Origin: Candidatus Woesearchaeota archaeon
Lineage (GTDB): Archaea; Nanobdellota; Nanobdellia; Woesearchaeales; WAPJ01
Assembly: GCA_047602765.1 (NCBI GenBank)
Contig: JBLKOL010000002.1
Coordinates: 10,597-74,596 of the forward strand
Length of the DNA: 64,000 nucleotides
Reading direction: 5' to 3'
Numbering within the stretch: position 1 is the stretch's first letter; each line of letters opens with the position of its first letter. Of this stretch, positions 1-9,407 are shown one piece after another. The position numbers and the translations under genes are program-made. The notes beneath the pieces are model-generated. The model was not told where the DNA came from, made no database searches, and was given only the letters and a program-made list of their open reading frames with translations.

Positions 1-3000
1 GCTCACTCCCCATCCGGCAACGCCGAAACGGTAGTCAGCTCCACAGCCACCGAGGTGGTCGAGGTCGAAGGTCACGCTGAACGTGTCCATTCCGCTCTCC
101 GAGACACTGACCCACGTGGGCAGTACCATCCACGACGTCCAACTTCCGCCAACGACTTCTCGGTAACCCCAGTAGTCGCCATCGTAGTGGCTTCCCTGAT
201 CTGCGTGGTACGACATCTGGAAGTTGGCTTCGCCATCGTTGTTCGCGTCGAACGTGAAGGCGACGTTGTCCTGGCTCCCGTCGACGAACGTGATGGGCGT
301 CGTTGCGGTGAAGGTCACCATACCATCGGTTCCGTAGAGAACCTCGACTTCGAGGTCTTCGTCGTAGGGGGTTTCTGCGCTGTACTCATGGGCGGTGTCT
401 ACGAGCAGGCACGTTCCAACGTCCTCCATCGTTGCTTCTCCCCAGCAGTACGCATCATCTACGAGTGCCCACGCATAGTACGTCCGGTTCACTCCGCTCG
501 GGTGCGGTTCGGGATCGTACGCGTCGAGTTCATAGCGCGTCTCTGTGTCCGTCCAGGTCACACCGTCCGCAGTGTACTGGGGTCCGGTGATCTCGAGTTC
601 GGTCACAGGCGGTACCGTTTCGACATAGTAGAACTGGTCTGCCATGTCCTTGCGGTTGCCGAGTGCGTCTTCACAGTACCACTTGAGCACGTGCTCCGAG
701 TCCTCGTTGAAGTCGAACTCGTAGCTGACGCCTGCAAAGCCCTTCGCCAGGAGTTCTGCTTCACGGAGCATCATTCCGGTTACGAGGCAGTACTCACCAT
801 CGTACTCCATACCAAAGCCCGGGAACTCGACGACCTTCTCGCAGAAGTCACCGTCGCATTCTTCGCGACCCAGGTTGCAGTAGCTCTCCGTGATGTCTTC
901 TCCGTCGTTGTAGACCTTGAAGCCGATCACTTCGCCACCGACCGGGTGGGGCATGACATCCTCACAGCTCAGGGTGATCGGAGTGTCTTGCGTGACGTAC
1001 GTGTAGTAGTCGAAGCAGACGCTTCCCGGCTCGGTGCTGCCACCGTTGCCGTTCTCACCGTTATACTCGGGAGAGGCTTCGAGGCTTGCGATCGCATCTG
1101 GTGTGATGCCATCAGCGGTACCAGCGAGCGCTTCGTCTACCTCTACGCTTCCGGAGGCGACCGGTGCGGTGTTCGAGCAGAGCCAGGTCACAGTAGTGCT
1201 GAGAAAGTTCTCATTGGTGTATCCGGTACCGTCGTAGTGTTCGAGACCCCCGCTTCCGCAGTATCCGCACACGGTTCCACACGTTCCACCCCAGTCGGCG
1301 AGGTACGTGTAGCCGAGCGAGTTGCAGATGTTCAAGGCATCATACTGACCTCCGCTGTTCGCCGAAACCCATGCGGTCTCAGTGTCAGCGCGGCAGACGA
1401 TGTAGGGCGAACCATACGAGGATTCTCCCGTCTGTCCATCGAAACCAGCTCCCGATCCGGGCGCATCATCGACGATGCAGATCTCGTCTTCAACAACGAT
1501 CTTCGGCTCGCCGACAATCTTGGTTCCATTGGGTGCCTGGTTGTCGACCATGACAAACTGCTGCTGCATCTCTTCTTCGTGACCGAACTTGTCGACCGCG
1601 AAGTAGCGGATCACATGGCAGCTCGTCTCGTCGATGGTGAACTCGACCGATTCTCCCTCGACCATAGTCCACTCCGGAGCCACATCAAACCGAACCCAAT
1701 CAAAGTACCAGTCGCTTTCTGCACCAACAGAAACACGAACTTCCACATAACCATCTGCCTCAACTTCCAAAATCGCAGAGTCCGGACCTGTAAGGCAGGT
1801 AAAGTGCGGAGCTGTGTTGTAGTAGTCCGGAATATCATACCAAGGGTTAGAACCGCTTGACAGACTTGTATCTCCATCAGGTCTGACCTCAAAGCAAGAC
1901 ATCAGAGGACCTCCATAATTGACTTCAAGGACTACATGTGTCGAGTTTGCATCCAACATAACCACATGCGGTCTATTAGTACCTATGTTTTCCTCATTAG
2001 TGGACTTAAACTCAAACGTTCCACCAGATACGTCAGCAACGGGCCCTACCACATCCGGATAGGCTTCACACACATCATCGCTTACCCATTCAACACTATA
2101 GTTGATGTAAGCGACTCCGATCTTCTCATCATCTGCTTCGAGGGTGATCGGGGTGCTAGAGGTAATCCAGCGGTACGTTCCGTCAAAGACCATGGGTTGT
2201 CCGTAGTCCTTGTCGGTAACCGGCGGCGTGCCGTCGACGAGGAAGCGTTCGACATCACTCATGGTGTTTCCGAGCAGGTCTTTGCACGTTACCGAGAGGA
2301 TGTGCTCGCTGTCGTACTCGAATACGATGACTGCGGGGTTGTCTTCGTCGAAGTAACCACCGTCATAGTGTTCGTAGACACCATCGTACTTGATCGTGTA
2401 CGTACAGTAGGCACCGCCAGAGTAGTGGACTGCTGCGTCTCCTTCCATGAAGTCTTCGACCGAGAGGTGTACTTCGGTCTCTCCCATCTTGAGGTAGCAC
2501 TCAGCTTCCATGTCTCCGTTATCGGGGACTTGGTCGGTTCCTGCAGGGCAGTCGGGTCCATCGTGCGGTCCGACAAGCGTCTTGGTGAGAACCGGAGCTT
2601 CATCGTCGATCTTGAAGTATTCGACGTCCTGCTCGCTCATCTTATCGACAGCATCGATGCACCACGCAGAGAGCCTGTGCAGGCTCGTCTGATCGAACGT
2701 GACGGTGTCTTGGTTCCGCGTGACGCCTCCGTCAACCTGTTCCCAAGTCTCTCCATCTTCCGTGCGGTGGAGTGCCCAGTGGACTACTTCCCCTCCTGAC
2801 GGGTGGGGTCCGACGTCTTCACAGACGAGCGTGACGACCGTGTCGGTGGTACCGAAGAAGTTGAGCGTCTCGTGGTATGCTCCGTTCGCGGTCCAGCGCG
2901 TCCAGTCAGCCGGGAAGTGCTTCTGGCTGCTGCCAGCTGTGTCCTTCCAATCAGCTTCAGCATTGACAGCCCAACCAAGCGTACTTGTATCGCCAAGAAT

Positions 3001-4658
3001 CGCATTGAGAACAGCTAGGTCAACCGAAATACTGAAATCAGTGCCTCCAGCAACGCCGGTAACGGTTACTCCTGGAGGAAGGGCTTCGGCATCTCCCCAA
3101 CCATTATCCCATTCCTTAATGTATGGAACACCGCCAAACTCAGCATCGTTTATACCAACGAGACCGATGGGCTCAGCACCGTTCGTGAGAACGACTTGGA
3201 TGCCGCTTGCAGTCACATCATCTTCCGTTTTGTCTAGACCGAGTTCAACATCAATCGTGACGCCTTCACAGGTGAAGGTACGTGTCATTGTTAGGTCGAA
3301 GTCGTCCTTGTTGCCAACACTAAAGTCAGCACCAGTCCAGGTGTCCACAACATCCTCACGGTCGAGATCGCACAGGTGCGGGATCGCATCCTCTACGGTC
3401 TTCGTGAGCTCCGGAGGAGTCTTGTCGACAAAGAATCGGAGGTACTGAACGTTCTCGTGGTTCTGGAGCTTGTCGTAGCTCTTGAACTCGATGACGTTGC
3501 AGCTCTCGTTGAATCCGCCGATCGTCTCTCCTTCGTATTCGATCCAGTCGCCATCGTAGGGTCCGGCAACGTGACCGTTTCCGAGAGGGTTGAGTGCGTT
3601 CTCATGATCGAAGCACTCGTGGTAGTCCGCCGGATCATCGAAGTAGTGGAGGCGGTATTGCGTCGTGACACCTGATGCATCGAACTTGTTGTCCTCTGCG
3701 CTCAGGGTGAATGTCGTACCACCGTTGGCGTACCATGCGTCGCGGAGCGTTCCGGACTGGTAGGTGCCTTGGTAGAGCGGACCGTCGTGGGACCAGCTCG
3801 TTACGGGCGCGGTTCCATCAACGATGTACTCTTCAGTGACCTGGTCCGCTTGGTTACCGGCGACATCCCAGCAGTCGACGACGAGCTCGTGATCGGAGTC
3901 ACGGTCGAAGTAGACGTTCCACGTGATCGAGGGCTCGCCACTACCGTATTCGGTTCCGCTGTCTTCGACTTCGCCGTTTCGGTAGAGCGTCCAGTCACAG
4001 TAGTCGATGCCGCTCTGGCAGTCGACATCAGCGACGTCGTTCGCCGTTATTTCAACGTACGAATCGCTGGGGTGAACATAGAGATCACCGTTGTGGGTCA
4101 CGTTCGTTCCGAAGAGCTCGGTCGTGATCACAGGCGGCGTCACATCGATGCTCGTGAAACCGTGGTTCATGTTAGCGTCTCCGCCAATCTCACCGGGATA
4201 CGTGTCGACCGTCTGAACATACCACTTCAACTCACACACATCTCCGGCACCCGCAGGAGTCTTAGCGGTGAAGGTGAAGTCCTTGCTCGTATCGTCATCG
4301 AAACCGTCGGTGAGTCCTGCTTGTGCGACCCACTGGCACGCATCGGTGACGATCTGGTTCGTTCCTGGTTGGTACACGTTGTGGTAGTTCAAGTTCCATC
4401 CGGTTATTGGATCACACACGAAATCCTCGTAAAGAGGATTCTTGTAGATCCAGACCTGTTGGATGGGGTCTGAATCAGCTTCGTTCGTTATTTTGAACGT
4501 ATAATCGATCACTTCATCGGGCTGCGACCACTCGGGGCTGAGCTCGACCGTCGCGGTATGTGCGAGCGGCGCGATCCCTCTGCGCTCACCGCGGTTGCGA
4601 CGAGAAGCAGAGCGAGCAGTGCGGCCGTGAAGCGCGTTACTCTTGTATGTTCTACCAT
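1..4658 (-). CDS. Giant secreted Cys/Asp/Trp-rich surface protein, partial (continues past the window start). The signal-peptide exon is in a different frame from the body (frameshift near 4577).
   Basis: Triplets at window positions 1-3, 4-6 and so on, complemented, contain no stop from position 1 to 4803 (checked triplet by triplet). ATG at 4658 has a GGAGGA Shine-Dalgarno sequence 7 nt upstream and encodes MVEHTRVTRFTAALLALLLVATAVSAEG, a classic signal peptide, but that frame stops after 49 codons. The long open frame is offset by one base. Confidence 0.6.
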
Positions 4659-4876
4659 TGTTGTTTCCTCCATATACAAATGGGAACTGATTGATGATCA
4701 TGATGATCAGGAATCGATTCGTGTACCGGGCTGTTGGGGTAGTCCGATACTTCGGGGCATACGAGAACCAGCAAAGACTGAAACGTACCCCCCAACTGTG
4801 CGTTCAAACGCATAACGCCTTGGAAGCGCACCCACAGTTATAAACCTTGCCCGGATGTGACCACTAATGGTGAGTA

Positions 4877-7800
4877 TCACGACGAGAAAACAGAATATTT
4901 TCGTCCCGCAAAAAGGACAAACATAACGAGTGCGAGTGATGCGATGAGGAGCACGAGCGACACCGGCTCGTCTTCGATCGGTCGCGGTTCTTCGGGCAAC
5001 GGCAGATCAACGAGCGGCATGTCAACGACAGCTCCAATCCGTTCTTCGGCGACCCCTATGACGAACACACTCAGTCCCGGTGCAACAGCCACATAATAGT
5101 AGAACCCCTCCGAAAACCGAACCATCTCAGTTTCAAGCAACTCCCAGCCAGTAGCGAACCTATACAGGCCTATAGCATCAGGATGTACTCCTTCGGTTTC
5201 GATCCACACAGCGGGAACCCTGAAAGAGAATTCGACCTCGCCCGCTTCTTCAACACGGATTTCGGCGATCTCATACGTGCGACCACGGAACGGTTCGACG
5301 TGTTCAGGCACCTGTGCGAGTTCTCGGATCTCGATACGCGGTTCGATACGCGGAGTGGACAATCGCGCTTCGATACGCTCGAATGATCCGGCGCGCTCAA
5401 CGCTCACGACGTCGACCGGTTCGGATTCGGGTTCTCGATCGGGTTCGTGCGGTTCGCTCGTCGTCGCCATGCCACCGCCACCTCCTCCACCCCCACCGCT
5501 CGGAGCACCACCCGTGCTCGGCTGCGTGATTTCGATGGTGAATTCGTTGCTCTCTACCGTCACACCATCGCGTTCTGCTACGATCCGTGCGGTTCCGCTT
5601 CCCGAATACGCGCTTGGAGCGTTCAGCGTTGCGCTCGAGCCGCTGATGGTCATCGTGACGGGAAGAGTCGTGTTGAGCGAGAACGAAACATCGTTCGCAG
5701 TGGTGAAGTACGAGAGAAGATCGATCGTCCGACTCGACCCTTGATTCCATGTTTGAGCAGGGATGGTGCTCGTGGTTTCGAGCGGTACGGGTTCGGGCGA
5801 TACGATGATATCCCACGCGACGTCTGTTTCCGCAAGGCTGTTGGTTGCGCTCAGTACGAGCGTTCCGCTCTCAAACGCGTTGAAGAGGAATTCGCTCTGT
5901 GATCCCGTGGTCGGGAAGGGTCCGATGAGGTGTCCTGCTTGGGAGACTTTGTCGAGCCATACGTCGTATTCGTCTTCTTCGGCGCTGCACGGCACAGGGT
6001 CTGATCCGAAGAGCGCCGTGTTATCGGTCCATGAGGTTGCGTCAGGAGTCCACCAGTTGTTTCGAACGGTTGGCGTGCTCATCCATCCGATCGCGTTCCC
6101 GCGTCCGCTGTTGTTCTCGAAGTCTGCGCTTGCGTGCAGGTTCCAGATGTATGCTCCGACGTTCTGCGAGTCGACGAACACCAGGTCTCCTTCGGGGTTC
6201 GTCACGTATCCGCATGAGATGATCGTGTTGTTCTCGATGCGGTTGTGTGCTCCTGCGCTGATCGCGATGCCATAGTTGCTCGTCGATACGACGTGATTGT
6301 TGTATGCGTGGAGGTATCGGTTCTCGCTCGTTCCGTCTCCGAGCATGATCCCACCACCCGAGTACGATCCGTGTTCGGGGTCGAGCGGGTAGGCTCCTTG
6401 GAAGTAGTTGTCGTGTATCCGGATCGGATCACCTGTTCTTCCCGAGGTTCGGTAGAGGCTGACGATGTCTTCGACGAAGCTCTCGTACGGCTCGTTGATG
6501 ACCTGGTTCCATGCGACTCGGGTGTTCGTCATGTTCCTGCTCTGGTCGAATTGGACGAATTGGACGTAGTGGACTCCTGAGAACCCTCCACTCCCATCGG
6601 ATATGCGTCCGTCGATGTTGCGCACCGTGTTCTTGAGGATCTGTACGGTTCCTCCGTGGGTTGAAGGGTGCATGTGCAGGTAGACTCCGCTCGTGTTCTC
6701 GAGGTGTGAGTGTTCGAGGAGCAGGTACGTGTAGCTGTCGAGGGCGATGAACCGCCCAGGGTACCTTCCTGCCTGTTCGGGTCTCACGCCGATGCCTTCG
6801 ACGTTTCGTACCGTTACGTTAGCGACGTATTCCGGTGGCGAGTAGATGTGGGTTGCGACGCTTCTCGTTCTCGAGTTCTCGATGGTTACGGGCTCGCTTG
6901 TTGCGATCGTTACGGCAGCAACGTCCGGGTCGGTGCTCTCCCACGATCCGCTGTAGGTTCCTCTTTCGGTGATCGTGATCGGCGAATCATAGGATTGTGC
7001 GCTCGTGGTCGTGAACGTCCAGTCGAACGTGACGGTTCGTCCTTTGACGTCGCTCGCGTTCGCACTGAACGTGCGTGTTTCGTTGTGTTCGAGTTCGATC
7101 GTTCCCGGCTGTGGATGTGCTTGGACGATCGGCCCCACAGCTTCTATGGTGAGGTCCCACGATTCTGTTACGTTCGAATCCTGGTTGGCGACTACCACGC
7201 GCACCTCGTAGAGAGCAGGGTCGAGGTCCATGCCATCGATCGTGACGTTCGACTCGTTCCCGAGCGGTGTTCCGTTGAGCGTCCACGTATAGTTGAGTCC
7301 TTCTTCGTACGGGTCGAAGGCTTCGACGGAGAAGGTGATCGTTTCGTTCTCGAGGACCGATACGCCACCATCTTCTTGGCTGCGGCTCGTGATGAAGGGT
7401 GAGGGGTCGATGATCGTGATCGTATATTCCTGTTCAGCAGATCCGTGTGTCTCAGTCTCATCGTGTCTGACCCGAACCGAGTACGAACCGGGTGCCATGA
7501 ATGCTTCGGTGTGGTTGATCGTCGTATTCGAGGCGTTGATGAACACGTCGTCGATGAAGAGTTCTATGATGGATCCGCTCGTCAGGTTCGCATGGATCGT
7601 TGCGTTGACAACTCCCACGTGTGTCAGGTTCGAAGCGTTGCCGTTGATCGTAACGTCGAATAAGGATTCGTATCGAGCGTGGAACGTTTCGGTGACGTGC
7701 GATTCTGTGCCGCTCGTCGTGTTCGCATATACTGTGATCGTGTACATGCCTGCGGTGAGGTTCTCGACCGTGAGGGTTCCTGTCGGTTCGCTGCGGATGA

Positions 7801-9193
7801 TCGTCTCGTTCGGTGTCGTAAGGTTCACTCGTGTCGTATCGAGTTCTCCTCCTGTTGTGATGCTCCACTCGAACGTCCAATCGGAATCGGGTTCGGGCGT
7901 GCTATCATACTCGAGGAGTATGGCTGGCGAGAACGTATCGAACGCTGATACGAGTCCGAATGCGTCGATCCGATGGTACGTTGTATCCGAGGCGCTGTCG
8001 TAGACGGGTACACCGGTTGCGATGAGTGTGTAGAGCGCTTCTGCAGGCGTCACGCTCAGATTCTGCCAACGCACGTATTCGTCGAGAAGCGCAAGGGCTC
8101 CGGATACGTGCGGTGTTGCCATGCTCGTTCCCGACTTGCTCTGTATGCCGCCGGGCACGGTCGAGCTGATAAGCACGCCGGGAGCGAGGATGATGTCGTC
8201 GAATGTTGCTGCGCGATTCGTGAATGCTGTGATCGCGTCGTTCGAGAGCGTTGCGCCTACGCGCATCGAATTGCTCGCGCACGCAGGGAATGAGATGCTC
8301 GAGTTCGAACCGGTGTTTCCCGTCGCTGATACAACGCTGATGTTCTGAGCGACCGCATCATTGATCGTGGCGACCCATGAAGACACCCATCCATCACATG
8401 GGCTCATGAACCGCTGTCCGGTTCCAAGACTCATACTGATGACTGAGATGTTGTACTCGTCTTTGTACGTCGTACACCATTCGACGCCGTGCATCGCGTC
8501 CGAGATGAAGCCATCGCCGTTCTCATCGAGGGATTTGATCGCGATGATCTTCGCTCCGGGAGCCACTCCCGTGACGGATCCGTTCGCGGCGATGATGCCG
8601 GCGACGTGGGTTCCGTGACCCTCATCATCCCACGGGTCATCGTCATCGTTGACGAAGTCGTATCCTCCGATGACTTTACTACACTCGCCTGCGAGGAACT
8701 CGGCGCTCGTACATCCTCCGAGCGACGGATGCGTATAGTCGACGCCGCTGTCGATCACGCACACCGTGCTTCCGGCTCCCGAGAGGGTGACGCCCTCAAA
8801 ACCCAGATCCCATACGGCGCTCGTGTTGATGATCTCGCGACTCGTCGAGAGCATGGTGCTCACGCGTACATCTTCGAAGATGCTCTCGATCCCAGGGTCC
8901 TTGCTGAGCTGTTCGAGCTGCGAGCGGGTGACCATCCGTGCTTCGAACCGCGACGCGAAAGCGCGAGGAAGCCGCTCACTCATGATTCGCATTCCTCGAT
9001 CACGTGCGTTTTCGCGGTACGTGATGACGACGCGTACCTCGTCTTCTGCTTCGAGGGTTTCGACGAGTGCTGGATCCACAGAAGCTACGAGTCCGGTCGG
9101 CTCTGGCTCGGAGTAGTAGACGAGCACGGCGGCTCCTGCGATGAGGAGAAGCAACGCGACGCGCACACCCCGATTTACGACTGACGAGCCCAT
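4877..9193 (-). CDS. Secreted S8 subtilisin-like serine protease with I9 propeptide, Ig/PKD-like repeats, a right-handed beta-helix (pectate-lyase/CASH-like) region, a Gly9 linker and a C-terminal transmembrane anchor.
   Basis: N-terminal signal peptide. Catalytic triad motifs VIDSGVD, HGTHVAG and GTSMATPHVSG. Beta-helix-like NxxxxS/T-rich repeats. C-terminal LVLLIASLALVMFVLFAGRKY transmembrane segment. Confidence 0.85.
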   Translation of the reverse strand: MGSSVVNRGVRVALLLLIAGAAVLVYYSEPEPTGLVASVDPALVETLEAEDEVRVVITYRENARDRGMRIMSERLPRAFASRFEARMVTRSQLEQLSKDPGIESIFEDVRVSTMLSTSREIINTSAVWDLGFEGVTLSGAGSTVCVIDSGVDYTHPSLGGCTSAEFLAGECSKVIGGYDFVNDDDDPWDDEGHGTHVAGIIAANGSVTGVAPGAKIIAIKSLDENGDGFISDAMHGVEWCTTYKDEYNISVISMSLGTGQRFMSPCDGWVSSWVATINDAVAQNISVVSATGNTGSNSSISFPACASNSMRVGATLSNDAITAFTNRAATFDDIILAPGVLISSTVPGGIQSKSGTSMATPHVSGALALLDEYVRWQNLSVTPAEALYTLIATGVPVYDSASDTTYHRIDAFGLVSAFDTFSPAILLEYDSTPEPDSDWTFEWSITTGGELDTTRVNLTTPNETIIRSEPTGTLTVENLTAGMYTITVYANTTSGTESHVTETFHARYESLFDVTINGNASNLTHVGVVNATIHANLTSGSIIELFIDDVFINASNTTINHTEAFMAPGSYSVRVRHDETETHGSAEQEYTITIIDPSPFITSRSQEDGGVSVLENETITFSVEAFDPYEEGLNYTWTLNGTPLGNESNVTIDGMDLDPALYEVRVVVANQDSNVTESWDLTIEAVGPIVQAHPQPGTIELEHNETRTFSANASDVKGRTVTFDWTFTTTSAQSYDSPITITERGTYSGSWESTDPDVAAVTIATSEPVTIENSRTRSVATHIYSPPEYVANVTVRNVEGIGVRPEQAGRYPGRFIALDSYTYLLLEHSHLENTSGVYLHMHPSTHGGTVQILKNTVRNIDGRISDGSGGFSGVHYVQFVQFDQSRNMTNTRVAWNQVINEPYESFVEDIVSLYRTSGRTGDPIRIHDNYFQGAYPLDPEHGSYSGGGIMLGDGTSENRYLHAYNNHVVSTSNYGIAISAGAHNRIENNTIISCGYVTNPEGDLVFVDSQNVGAYIWNLHASADFENNSGRGNAIGWMSTPTVRNNWWTPDATSWTDNTALFGSDPVPCSAEEDEYDVWLDKVSQAGHLIGPFPTTGSQSEFLFNAFESGTLVLSATNSLAETDVAWDIIVSPEPVPLETTSTIPAQTWNQGSSRTIDLLSYFTTANDVSFSLNTTLPVTMTISGSSATLNAPSAYSGSGTARIVAERDGVTVESNEFTIEITQPSTGGAPSGGGGGGGGGMATTSEPHEPDREPESEPVDVVSVERAGSFERIEARLSTPRIEPRIEIRELAQVPEHVEPFRGRTYEIAEIRVEEAGEVEFSFRVPAVWIETEGVHPDAIGLYRFATGWELLETEMVRFSEGFYYYVAVAPGLSVFVIGVAEERIGAVVDMPLVDLPLPEEPRPIEDEPVSLVLLIASLALVMFVLFAGRKYSVFSS

Positions 9194-9407
9194 ACGGTTC
9201 TAGAGCACGCTCAGGTTATAACGTTTGGGTATCATCCGCAGAGCTTCTTGCGCATCCATGGACCGTGGTATCAGTGAACCGATCGATCCTTAGACAGCGG
9301 TGTCTGTAGATCGCTGCATCCATACCACTCGCTCGCAGCGACACGCTACGACCACGCACAGATGCTCAACGGCTCGTTAAGAACTCATACGCACGCTTCT
9401 TATAGGA

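Noticed and set aside
55-4473. Plus-strand ORFs 55..1860 (601 aa), 1936..2799, 2699..3448, 3376..3675 and 3769..4473.
   Set aside because: All lie antisense to a single stop-free minus-strand frame spanning 1-4803. Their V/R/E/D-rich, motif-less sequences and their frame hopping are typical antisense artefacts of GC-rich coding DNA.
5170-9184. Many 60-236-aa ORFs on both strands inside the subtilase gene (for example 7293..8003, 8489..9184, 7458..7880).
   Set aside because: They are embedded in a motif-supported 1438-aa gene and have R/H/S-rich compositions unlike native proteins.
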